Notes under the pieces: model-generated
Told to the model about the DNA's origin: nothing
What the model saw: the letters and a program-made list of their open reading frames with translations, nothing else
Databases searched by the model: none
Position numbers and translations under genes: made by a program
Source: a virus
Reading direction: 5' to 3' (one strand)
Virus record (IMG/VR): IMGVR_UViG_3300021379_000425
Coordinates: 21,253-85,252 of that record
Length of the DNA: 64,000 nt
Shown here: positions 28,263 through 36,286 of the stretch, one piece after another
Layout: every line of letters starts with the position of its first letter
Numbering within the stretch: the first letter of the stretch is position 1

Positions 28263-28463
28263 TCACTCCTGCCTGTTCCAGTATTCATCTTTCTTATCCC
28301 ATTTCCAGTACCAGCCACCGACTTCAAGGATGACTGAGTGGTAATGTACTAGGCTGTAAAAAGCACTGTCAATATTTACCGAGTGTCCTTCTTCTTGTAG
28401 GTCTTGAAGCAAGTCAATGCAAGCCTTCAATGCGTTCTCTATTTGTTCTTGTTTGTTATTCAT
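28263..28463 (-). CDS. Hypothetical protein
   Basis: Start refined to MNNKQ. Confidence 0.5.
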   Translation of the reverse strand: MNNKQEQIENALKACIDLLQDLQEEGHSVNIDSAFYSLVHYHSVILEVGGWYWKWDKKDEYWNRQE

Positions 28464-28738
28464 TCTTCTTCCTCCGTGTTCAACCATGCGTCAATCAATT
28501 CATTGAGCAGTCCACTTCCAACACCCCATGTCCTGTCTGCATAATCGAATGCCCAAAGGATAGTCTCTTTGCAGTACACATCGGGTGTCTCTTCTATCAA
28601 AGCAATCAAGTCTCGCATTGCGTCTTGACTGTAAGTACCACCACCACCGTACCCCGTAAGGTGCATCATTGTTTCAGGGTCAAGCATGTATTCCATACCG
28701 TTTCTTATCTCTTCCATTGTCGTAAATCCGTGTCTCAT
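28460..28738 (-). CDS. Hypothetical protein
   Basis: Coupled ORF. Confidence 0.55.
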   Translation of the reverse strand: MRHGFTTMEEIRNGMEYMLDPETMMHLTGYGGGGTYSQDAMRDLIALIEETPDVYCKETILWAFDYADRTWGVGSGLLNELIDAWLNTEEEE

Positions 28739-29028
28739 TCTTCTTCACCTTCCTCTTCGTAAAACTCAATTTTGTAGTGCGTGTCTTTTGGTAAGTCAAC
28801 CACATTGACTTTCCATTTACCTGTTACTATGTTCAGCAACTCACGACCTGTTAGGTAGGGCATCAGTACTGCTTGTTGCCATAAGCGAACAGCCATGTCA
28901 CGAGATTCTTTATTGTAATTAGTTGCCCGCCAGTTCATGTTGTATTCTATTAGGCTAGGTTGTATTATTGAATCCTTATTCCATCGTAGTGTCTTTGTTA
29001 CTTTCATTGTTACTTTCATCTTAATCAT
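28735..29028 (-). CDS. Hypothetical protein
   Basis: Downstream of promoter copy 7. Confidence 0.55.
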   Translation of the reverse strand: MIKMKVTMKVTKTLRWNKDSIIQPSLIEYNMNWRATNYNKESRDMAVRLWQQAVLMPYLTGRELLNIVTGKWKVNVVDLPKDTHYKIEFYEEEGEEE

Positions 29029-29037
29029 CTCTCAATT

Positions 29038-29057
29038 CTTTATCAGTTTAAATAGTC
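29038..29057 (-). promoter_or_regulatory. Early promoter motif, copy 7
   Basis: Exact 20-bp match. Confidence 0.75.
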
Positions 29058-29374
29058 AGCCTTCCATCTTCCTTTGCATGTTGAATGAACCAATCACTTA
29101 GCAACTCATTCTCATACAACCACTGGTACAGACGAGGGGGTAAGTCTGCTACGCCATCGTAGTCACTCAGTTTGTTATCGTCAAACCAAAGCCCACCTTC
29201 CGCATAGAACCTGTTGCCTCCTGTTTCTATGTCGTACCATTCAAGTCCACCTCTTTGTCTCTCAAGGTCAACCCAGCATGTTAGTTTCATCGTAGCAGGT
29301 TGTGGCTTAGTAGCACCCCAACTTCCTTCGTGAAACACTTGTTCTTCTTGTTCGCTATCGTAATCGTATCTCAT
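29048..29374 (-). CDS. Conserved phage hypothetical protein
   Basis: EW...YAEGGLWFDDNKLSDYDGVADLP. Confidence 0.6.
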   Translation of the reverse strand: MRYDYDSEQEEQVFHEGSWGATKPQPATMKLTCWVDLERQRGGLEWYDIETGGNRFYAEGGLWFDDNKLSDYDGVADLPPRLYQWLYENELLSDWFIQHAKEDGRLTI

Positions 29375-29376
29375 GT

Positions 29377-29769
29377 TTATTCCTCCTGTGTGCATAAGTG
29401 GTCGTAGTCCTCGTCAGTTACTCTCATGTCCTTGAGATGAATCATCTCGCAGTCAAGTGTGATGTAATCGAAGTGCATCGGATAATACTTCTCCGTTGTT
29501 TCGGGGTCATCATCATAAGCCCAAAACATCTCATCATCATGTGGTAGTCTTTCTAATGTAGCAATCCAATTCCCATCCAAGTACAGGTTAATGAAGTTGT
29601 ATGAGTAACCGTTATCACCGTAGTCTGTGTATGATAACCTGTCCTTACTCCAATCAACTAGCATACGGAAGTCAAGCGTTTCTTTGTCAACGCATTCCAT
29701 TACATCCCCGTCATATGAAGAGCGACCTCTACCCTCACAGAAGTATATTTGATTCTTTACCATGCTCAT
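29377..29769 (-). CDS. Acidic hypothetical protein
   Basis: Coupled ORF. Confidence 0.55.
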   Translation of the reverse strand: MSMVKNQIYFCEGRGRSSYDGDVMECVDKETLDFRMLVDWSKDRLSYTDYGDNGYSYNFINLYLDGNWIATLERLPHDDEMFWAYDDDPETTEKYYPMHFDYITLDCEMIHLKDMRVTDEDYDHLCTQEE

Positions 29770-29984
29770 GCAATCACCTCTTGTGCGTCAGCGTAGCCAC
29801 CGTTGTTGTCTCGCACATCCTCAATGCACCACGCCTTGAACTCATCATGCGAGCCAAACAATTCCCAGTCACCAGCCATGATGTGATAGGTGTAGCGTAC
29901 GCCATCGTGATTGATGCTCACCGACTTGGTACTGAAACACACCGATGTTTGGAATAGGTTCTCGTATGCTTGTGGTCCTATCAT
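29766..29984 (-). CDS. Hypothetical protein
   Basis: Coupled ORF. Confidence 0.5.
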   Translation of the reverse strand: MIGPQAYENLFQTSVCFSTKSVSINHDGVRYTYHIMAGDWELFGSHDEFKAWCIEDVRDNNGGYADAQEVIA

Positions 29985-30337
29985 GCAATCACCGCCGTAA
30001 GTGTGTCCTCATCATCAGCAAGCACGAACCTATTGACTACGAAGCCATTGGTGTCAGCCCAAATGGTAAGCCTGCCATATGATGCAAGCGAGGTAGTGTC
30101 CTCTTCGATGAGCCTTGCCTTGTCCATGACTGTGTGATGGTCGGCGTAAAGTATGGTAGATACATATGCAAGTGTGGTGTGACCAGTCTCAATAAGATAC
30201 ATGTATCTGTTCCAGCCCATGCCCTGCGTGTACTTCTTAGTGAACCCAGTATCCATACGAGATGCTGATGGTGGTACGAAACCTAATGGGTTGGTACTGT
30301 TGTGGTATGTTGTGTCGATTATCTTGTAGTTCATCAA
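29981..30337 (-). CDS. Hypothetical protein
   Basis: Downstream of promoter copy 8. Confidence 0.55.
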   Translation of the reverse strand: MMNYKIIDTTYHNSTNPLGFVPPSASRMDTGFTKKYTQGMGWNRYMYLIETGHTTLAYVSTILYADHHTVMDKARLIEEDTTSLASYGRLTIWADTNGFVVNRFVLADDEDTLTAVIA

Positions 30338-30346
30338 CCTTGAATT

Positions 30347-30366
30347 CTTTAGCAGTTTAAATAGTC
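30347..30366 (-). promoter_or_regulatory. Early promoter motif, copy 8
   Basis: CTTTAGCAGTTTAAATAGTC (1 mismatch). Confidence 0.72.
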
Positions 30367-30389
30367 AAGGCTTCAGTCCATCGGTTTTT

Positions 30390-30690
30390 GCTTTGCTCAC
30401 TATGTTTAGAATGTTCACAATGTTCATCAGTATGTTCATCAATTTTGAGCATGTTCATTATGTCATTACACCCCTACAATAATATGTGATTCTCCCCCTA
30501 CGAATGTTCATTATTACTATATCCTATACTCATATATATTATAGAGAGTAGGAGTACTATGAAAATGAGCAAAGCCTGTGAGATTTTCCCTATGTAATTG
30601 AAGCAAGGTATTGAGCATGAACAATGTTCATTTTTAGTGAACATGGTGGTGAACAAAGTGAACAAAGTGGGCATCTTGAACATGTGATAT
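30390..30690. repeat. Origin-like element A: TGTTCA iterons, AT-rich core, inverted TGAACA iterons
   Basis: TGTTCA at 30412, 30421, 30433, 30452 and 30505; AT-rich core at about 30510-30545; TGAACA at 30618, 30638, 30650, 30659 and 30677. Confidence 0.7.
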
Positions 30691-30881
30691 TAATTGCTTT
30701 TCAGTAGGTGAATATTAATTGCTTCTCGATAGGCGTTTGATGTGGGGAAATGAAAGCCTCCCCTTCCCATGTGAAGTGAATACCATCAGCCTCATAAGCG
30801 GGGGTACAGGAAATGCGCTTCTCTCGCACTCGAAAAAGGCTGAGAAAAATACAGGCGGGGTTGTAGGAGAGGCATACTCTT

Positions 30882-30897
30882 CCCAACCCATATGGGT
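30882..30897. repeat. 16-bp inverted repeat, left arm, containing palindrome ACCCATATGGGT (partner at 32067-32082)
   Basis: CCCAACCCATATGGGT versus ACCCATATGGGTTGGG. Confidence 0.75.
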
Positions 30898-30988
30898 GCG
30901 ATGCAATTACTCGCAAGGCTGTCAGTTAGACAGGCGCAAGCGAGGCATCGTTACCCCTTGCGAATTGCGCTATGCGAATTTTTGCGAT

Positions 30989-31027
30989 AAAAAAAGCCCC
31001 CCGCACCCCCACAGGGGTACGAGGGGC
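30989..31027 (-). terminator. GC hairpin plus T7 tract terminator
   Basis: Minus strand GCCCCTCGTACCCC-TGTG-GGGGTGCGGGGGGC-TTTTTTT, downstream of the 31074 gene. Confidence 0.7.
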
Positions 31028-31073
31028 GAACTCGGCTAACCGCCGTACTACTTCACTCGGCTACGAGTTATGC

Positions 31074-31952
31074 TCAAGAGAGCATGTCAGGTGTGAGTTT
31101 GCTGATGTTCTCAGTGATGTACTGCAATGCTTTGGCTTTGGTCTTGGACTCAGCCTCGGATGCACCCATGTCTCTAGCGACTCTCTTGATTGTGGAGTGG
31201 TGCTTGCCCTCGATTACTGCAAGTGCATGTTGACCTGCTTCTTGATGACCTTCGTTGCCCAGTGATGTACCTTGCTCGTACACAAACTTGCTTGCTTCCT
31301 CAAGTCTGTCTTGCTTCTTAACAGCCCACCAGTCTTGCCCGTACTTGTTTCTTGCCCACGCTTTCTTAGCCTTAGCCTTAGATGGGTATGGGATTGCTTG
31401 TCCTTGCTTGTCACCTTTTGCGTATACAACACCTTGAGCGAAGAATGCTTCACCAGCCTTGAGTGTGTCTGCAAGTTTGTTCGCTTTACCCAGCCTCTTG
31501 AGTGTCCTGCGGTAGTTGCCTAGAATGTGGAAAGCACCGTTTCTCTCAATGCCTGCATTGTTACCCTTGCTAGGTGTGTAAGGGAGTGAGAAGAGTTTAG
31601 CCATGTGCGCTCTTGTGTTCCAAAATGCAGGTATTTTGTTCCTCATTGCAACAGGTGTGCAAGGGTCTTCTCTCAAGTCCATGAGCATCATGCCCAAGTT
31701 AACCAGTTGTTCAGCAGTGAACTCGTTGTGTGTGTACACAACTGTCTTGTCTGCGCCTTTGCCGACTTGCTTGCTGTCGAACTCAGGTGTGCCTGCTTGT
31801 ACGCTTGCTTGTGTAAGTGGTAGTACGCAAGTCTTGGACTTGCTCGCTAGGAATGCTCCTATGCGTTCACCCACCCCCGTCATTTGGTTAGCGTATGCTA
31901 CGGTTCGGTCTATGTTATCTGTGCTTATGGGTATCATGTATTTGTTTGCCAT
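31074..31952 (-). CDS. Basic Ala/Lys-rich hypothetical protein; first gene of the early arm
   Basis: Start MANKY at 31952 with SD GGAGGT; has its own promoter and terminator. Confidence 0.7.
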   Translation of the reverse strand: MANKYMIPISTDNIDRTVAYANQMTGVGERIGAFLASKSKTCVLPLTQASVQAGTPEFDSKQVGKGADKTVVYTHNEFTAEQLVNLGMMLMDLREDPCTPVAMRNKIPAFWNTRAHMAKLFSLPYTPSKGNNAGIERNGAFHILGNYRRTLKRLGKANKLADTLKAGEAFFAQGVVYAKGDKQGQAIPYPSKAKAKKAWARNKYGQDWWAVKKQDRLEEASKFVYEQGTSLGNEGHQEAGQHALAVIEGKHHSTIKRVARDMGASEAESKTKAKALQYITENISKLTPDMLS

Positions 31953-31976
31953 GTTCTTAACCTCCACCCTTCGATT

Positions 31977-31996
31977 CTTTAGCAGTTTATATACTA
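31977..31996 (-). promoter_or_regulatory. Early promoter motif, copy 9 (variant)
   Basis: CTTTAGCAGTTTATATACTA; the minus strand reads TATATAAA. Confidence 0.6.
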
Positions 31997-32023
31997 AAGA
32001 CGCTTTTTGCACTTGTTAGAGAA

Positions 32024-32290
32024 CCATAGCGCATAGCGTATAGCAGGTCATAAGCATGGGTGTACTACCCATATGGGTTGGGGTTAAGGTGTCGCTATTT
32101 ATGGGGGCTTACGCCCTTACGGGCGCAGGATTAGGGGCGAGGTTGGTGGGAGAGGGCATCTCACCCGCCCGCCCATAGGCAGGTACAGGGGCGCAAGGGG
32201 GTCATAGCACGACCCCATAGCACGGTTTTCCCCACCCCATAGCACGCCCTTAGAAGGAGGCATAGCCATAGCACACCCCATAGCCCTTCT
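32024..32290. repeat. GC-rich non-coding tract with dispersed CATAGC/CCCCATAGC repeats at the strand switch
   Basis: Multiple CATAGC(AC) copies at about 32025-32045 and 32200-32285; G/C runs. Confidence 0.6.
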
Positions 32291-32367
32291 TTTAACCGCA
32301 TACACCTCTCGGAGAAAAAAATTACAAAATGAAAAATTTTTAATAAACACCCCTCATACGAGTATCA

Positions 32368-32721
32368 ATGTCTCCTTTCCAAGACGCATGGAATATTTTG
32401 AAATCAAATGTCTATAATGCCGCTAGGCGTTCCACTTTACCAGCATATCACCCTGCGATTATGGGTATGATGGAAAGAAGATACTTGACAGGTGAAGCAG
32501 GACCATTTGAAGGATTTGAGCCTAGCGATGTCCACCCTAACGAGCAATCACCATTTAGAGTAAACAACATAGCAAATATGAGGGCTGATGAACTAAGAGG
32601 TAGAATACAACGCCAAAGTGTACCTAAAGTGATGCCGTATACAGATTCTCCTAGCGATGAAAACATAGACAGGGAATCTCGTGAGCAACTTCTTAGAGAA
32701 AGTAGACCGCAATTTAGATGA
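32368..32721 (+). CDS. Tagged hypothetical protein (MSPFQDAWNILKS)
   Basis: First plus-strand gene; TTAATAAA box about 25 nt upstream. Confidence 0.65.
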   Translation: MSPFQDAWNILKSNVYNAARRSTLPAYHPAIMGMMERRYLTGEAGPFEGFEPSDVHPNEQSPFRVNNIANMRADELRGRIQRQSVPKVMPYTDSPSDENIDRESREQLLRESRPQFR

Positions 32722-32786
32722 TAATGGTCATTCCAGTGGTCAACCAGTAAGTTTAACTTCTACACCGCTATCGTCTGTAAGATAGC

Positions 32787-33620
32787 ATGGAAGTCACAGT
32801 GTACGAAGTCGGTCCTAGAGATGGTTTGCAGTACCTTGATGACATCGTGCCGACTAGAGAGAAAGTCAAACTAATCGAGATGCTGTACGACAGTGGGCTT
32901 ACCAAAATCGAGGAAGTCAGTTTCGCTCACCCCAAACTGCTACCGCAGATGGCTGACGCTGAGGCTGTTTTCACAGGGAGTGGGTCTGTGCTGGTGATGA
33001 ACCAGCGTGGGTTCGAGCGAGCCAATTCGTGCGGTGTCGTGCTAATCAATGTGGTTATCAGTCCTTGCGAAGTCTTCAATGTCAAGAATACCGGCAAAAC
33101 ACGGTCCGAGTTGATGACGATGTACAAAACAATGCTGGCGAATCACCCTAAGCAGTTCGTGAGGGTGTACATCAGCATGGCGTTTGGTAGTCCGTATAGT
33201 GGGCAGTTTAGTGCAAGAGAGATTCGTAACTGCGTGAGGGATGCAAGGATGCTTGGCGGTACAGTGGTCTTTGCTGATACCGTAGGGGCTGGTACGCCCG
33301 ATGAAGTAAAGATGATGGCTGACATAGCCAAAGATGAAGGTGTGCGCCCGGCTTTGCATCTGCATCATAAGGGCGAAGACGAGAAAGCGATTCGTTTGGT
33401 GCAGGCGGGGCTGATGGCTGGTATAACTGAGTTTGATAGCAGTATAGCCGGGCTTGGTGGGTGTCCGTTTGCTGAGGGTAGTGGTGCTAACCTGTCTACC
33501 TCGACACTGGTGCGTCATTTACATGCATGGGGCTTTGAGACAGGCGTTGACGAGAAAAAGTTAATTGCCGCTGAAAAATTCGTTAATTATTTTAGTCGTG
33601 ACTCCATCCCAGCCCCATGA
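32787..33620 (+). CDS. mvaB: Hydroxymethylglutaryl-CoA lyase (DRE-TIM metallolyase)
   Basis: EVGPRDGLQ, ADTVG, LHLH, FDSSIAGLGGCPFAEGSGANLST. Confidence 0.92.
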   Translation: MEVTVYEVGPRDGLQYLDDIVPTREKVKLIEMLYDSGLTKIEEVSFAHPKLLPQMADAEAVFTGSGSVLVMNQRGFERANSCGVVLINVVISPCEVFNVKNTGKTRSELMTMYKTMLANHPKQFVRVYISMAFGSPYSGQFSAREIRNCVRDARMLGGTVVFADTVGAGTPDEVKMMADIAKDEGVRPALHLHHKGEDEKAIRLVQAGLMAGITEFDSSIAGLGGCPFAEGSGANLSTSTLVRHLHAWGFETGVDEKKLIAAEKFVNYFSRDSIPAP

Positions 33621-33847
33621 GCGCATTTGACAAGGCGTGGAGTTTACTCAAGCAACAGCCAATGATAGGCGACCCGGAAGGACCTTTGGCACAAGCACTG
33701 GCTAGAGCAAGGCAACAACCAAAGCCAAAACCTTTGCAGATAACCAATCTACCGCCTAAAGAGCCTCAAATGGTGCAGACTCAACTGCCAGCCGAACTAA
33801 CTCAAGGCGCACATGAGACACCTTTCAAGATATTCGGTCAGCAGTGA
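33617..33847 (+). CDS. Tagged small protein (MSAFDKAWSLLK)
   Basis: Tag followed by a Pro/Gln-rich body. Confidence 0.6.
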   Translation: MSAFDKAWSLLKQQPMIGDPEGPLAQALARARQQPKPKPLQITNLPPKEPQMVQTQLPAELTQGAHETPFKIFGQQ

Positions 33848-33851
33848 TAGC

Positions 33852-34604
33852 ATGACACCGATGGAGAAGGCTTGGCAATTGCTCAAGGCGACCTATCGCA
33901 TTGAGGCACAGCGACCAATGTATGCACATTCAGGTAGAAGGGAGTATAGGCTCTTAGACCAAGACGACAATGTTTTATCAACACTATCAGGTGATTTGTC
34001 AAGAAATAACAGTCTTAGTGATATTCACGGACATACTCGTGGAAAATACCGTAGACAAGGAAATTATAAAAAATTGATAAATGCTCTATTACAACAAGGT
34101 ATAGGTATAACTAGTAGTGAAAGAAACGATAAATCTCACCCATTTCATGAAAAGTTCATGTCTAATTTACCTAAGAATGTAGATTATGCTGATACATTTA
34201 ATGATTTTCACCACCTTACACCAATACACTATTCAAAAAAGAAAACCGCAAGATTCCCAAATAGCGATTTGAATATTCGTGACTACGGCTCTATTCCTAT
34301 ACATCATCTAGGATATGAAAATCCTACTGAAAATAGTAGATTCCACGGCACAATGGATAATAGAAGATTAACTGAATTTGCTGGTCATTCAATGTTCCCC
34401 GGTAGAGTAGCAAATCCTTTAGATTTCGCTAGAGACTGGGCATGGGAAGATTATGATAAAACTCGAAATGAAAAAGAGAAATTAAATCGTTTACAAGTGG
34501 ATAACCAACCTGAGACTTTCCAAGCCGGACTCGCTAATTATGACAGGAATTTTCTTAAACCGCCTGAATTACAGCAGTTCCTAGATGATATTAACCAAAG
34601 ATAA
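33852..34604 (+). CDS. Tagged GNAT-like protein (MTPMEKAWQLLKA)
   Basis: Acetyl-CoA motif A-like KYRRQGNYKKLINALL; start refined to ATG 33852. Confidence 0.5.
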   Translation: MTPMEKAWQLLKATYRIEAQRPMYAHSGRREYRLLDQDDNVLSTLSGDLSRNNSLSDIHGHTRGKYRRQGNYKKLINALLQQGIGITSSERNDKSHPFHEKFMSNLPKNVDYADTFNDFHHLTPIHYSKKKTARFPNSDLNIRDYGSIPIHHLGYENPTENSRFHGTMDNRRLTEFAGHSMFPGRVANPLDFARDWAWEDYDKTRNEKEKLNRLQVDNQPETFQAGLANYDRNFLKPPELQQFLDDINQR

Positions 34605-34713
34605 TCATGATTAAGTCCTCTATTAGAGGCTTGATAATCTTCTCATACAACCATGCAAACGGCATTAAAATAATCGCTAAACAAACTTTTGCTACTCCTT
34701 TCAACAGTGACAT
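34591..34713 (-). CDS. Small hydrophobic protein (40 aa)
   Basis: Manual translation MSLLKGVAKVCLAIILMPFAWLYEKIIKPLIEDLIMIIFG. Confidence 0.35.
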   Translation of the reverse strand: MSLLKGVAKVCLAIILMPFAWLYEKIIKPLIEDLIMIIFG

Positions 34714-34725
34714 CCCAAATCCCCA

Positions 34726-36234
34726 TCAGTAGTAGAATTGGGGTGGAGTATATGTTGGTTTTGCTATATCATCAACATCTTCCTGCATTCCGGTGAGTAA
34801 TTTGACGACATGTTCCATGTCCGGGTGGATATTTCCTACCATAGTGCCGTCACTTGTCTCTTCAAATGTGTGATTGCGGTCTAGCACTGCAAGGTCACGG
34901 CGCATATCTTCACTGATTTCGTTAGGAAGTTGTAGTTCACCCTTGAGCATACGCCATGCTAAGTCCATTGGTTCACTTTTTAGTACTAATTTTTCATTTC
35001 CATATTCATCAGTTTCTATTACATAAGCCCCCGATGATAGCATCATCTGTACTTGTGGGTCATTGCGGTCAACTTTAGTTGGTTCTGCTTGGACATTCAG
35101 TGGATTGACAGTATCGTTTTTTGCCCTAATGTTAAGCAAGTTTTGTTGTAGCGGGTGCTGTGCTTGAAGATATGTAGACCTCGGTGCGCCAGTTTCGGGG
35201 TCAATATCCATTCTACCGGCAAAGTTTTGCATCATTCTATCAGCACCTTGCCTGTAAATGTTTCTTGGATTGAATATATTAGTTAAATTTGCAGAAGATG
35301 AAACATCATCTCTACTGATTCTACCGCCCTCAGCGACTCTTTCTACTGCTCTTTGGTTTATTTCTTGGGCAGATGGTCCTTTTGATTCCATAAATTTAGG
35401 TGCAGAAACGAATTCATACTCGGAATCTCTTATTGGATGCCATTCTTTTGTCTGTCGATGACCAGTATGATGTTCTGCGCCTACTGTTATTAAACCGATA
35501 CCGCTTCCTCCATCTTCTGCTCTTGATGTTTTATGTCCGATTACATAGTGTGGTCTATCAATGCCCTCTTTAGGTTCATCAGTGGAGAGTCCGGGTACTT
35601 TCAAAACAGGATATTCATTGTATGTTTCATTACCCAGCCTTGTTTCTATTTTAGTGTTAAGATACTCTTTCAGTTCGGGATTTTTCTCTAATAAAATATC
35701 TGCAACTGCAAGTGCTACATCTTCATGAGAATAACCCTCAAGACCTTTTGGCATTTCTTGATTCGGTTCTATTCTCTTATCAGCGTTTTTAGAATAATGA
35801 TTTTTATCTGCTAAACCGACAGTGTGTTTTTTCCCTCTTTTCATTTGTGCTTTAATATTGTCTATTTGACTGTCATTCCACATGGCATCCCATTTCCATG
35901 CTTTCATCAAATTCCAAAGGATGTCCATCGGCTCACCTGTGCGTATTTCGCTACCGGCTTTTGCCGCTTGAGCCATCTGTTGATTTTGATTCATCATGTT
36001 TTGCTGTTGCATTTGTTGGCGGTTTGCCTGTTGCTCACCTACATTTGAAGCGATTTGTCCAGCAGTTAGAGCCTGTCCAGCCTTCGTGTTGCCAGCCTGT
36101 ACTGCGACCTTACCTACTTTCTTGGCGGCCTGTTTAGCACCCTGTACTGCCGCCTGCCTTCCAGCCTGTGTAGCCACTGCACCAGCAACCGCCTTTGCAC
36201 CGGCGATAAGTGCAGGAGGTATGAACGCCGGCAT
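34726..36234 (-). CDS. Multi-module protein with two internal tags (GEPMDILWNLMKA, SEPMDLAWRMLKG)
   Basis: Ala/Gln-rich N-terminus; tags at 35899-35937 and 34939-34977. Confidence 0.7.
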   Translation of the reverse strand: MPAFIPPALIAGAKAVAGAVATQAGRQAAVQGAKQAAKKVGKVAVQAGNTKAGQALTAGQIASNVGEQQANRQQMQQQNMMNQNQQMAQAAKAGSEIRTGEPMDILWNLMKAWKWDAMWNDSQIDNIKAQMKRGKKHTVGLADKNHYSKNADKRIEPNQEMPKGLEGYSHEDVALAVADILLEKNPELKEYLNTKIETRLGNETYNEYPVLKVPGLSTDEPKEGIDRPHYVIGHKTSRAEDGGSGIGLITVGAEHHTGHRQTKEWHPIRDSEYEFVSAPKFMESKGPSAQEINQRAVERVAEGGRISRDDVSSSANLTNIFNPRNIYRQGADRMMQNFAGRMDIDPETGAPRSTYLQAQHPLQQNLLNIRAKNDTVNPLNVQAEPTKVDRNDPQVQMMLSSGAYVIETDEYGNEKLVLKSEPMDLAWRMLKGELQLPNEISEDMRRDLAVLDRNHTFEETSDGTMVGNIHPDMEHVVKLLTGMQEDVDDIAKPTYTPPQFYY

Positions 36235-36286
36235 GGAATTACCATAGAGCGATAATTCTTTAAATTATCCGTAATTAAAACATTTC

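Noticed and set aside
30498-31039. Short ORFs over the origin-like and non-coding region
   Set aside because: They are translations of repeats, with no coupling or RBS.
735-31523. Many plus-strand ORFs in the left arm and minus-strand ORFs in the right arm of the ORF track
   Set aside because: They are antisense shadows of well-supported genes, Ser/Leu/Phe-rich, without RBS or motifs.
32117-32350. 77-aa minus-strand ORF
   Set aside because: It lies in the GC-rich CATAGC repeat tract and has atypical composition.
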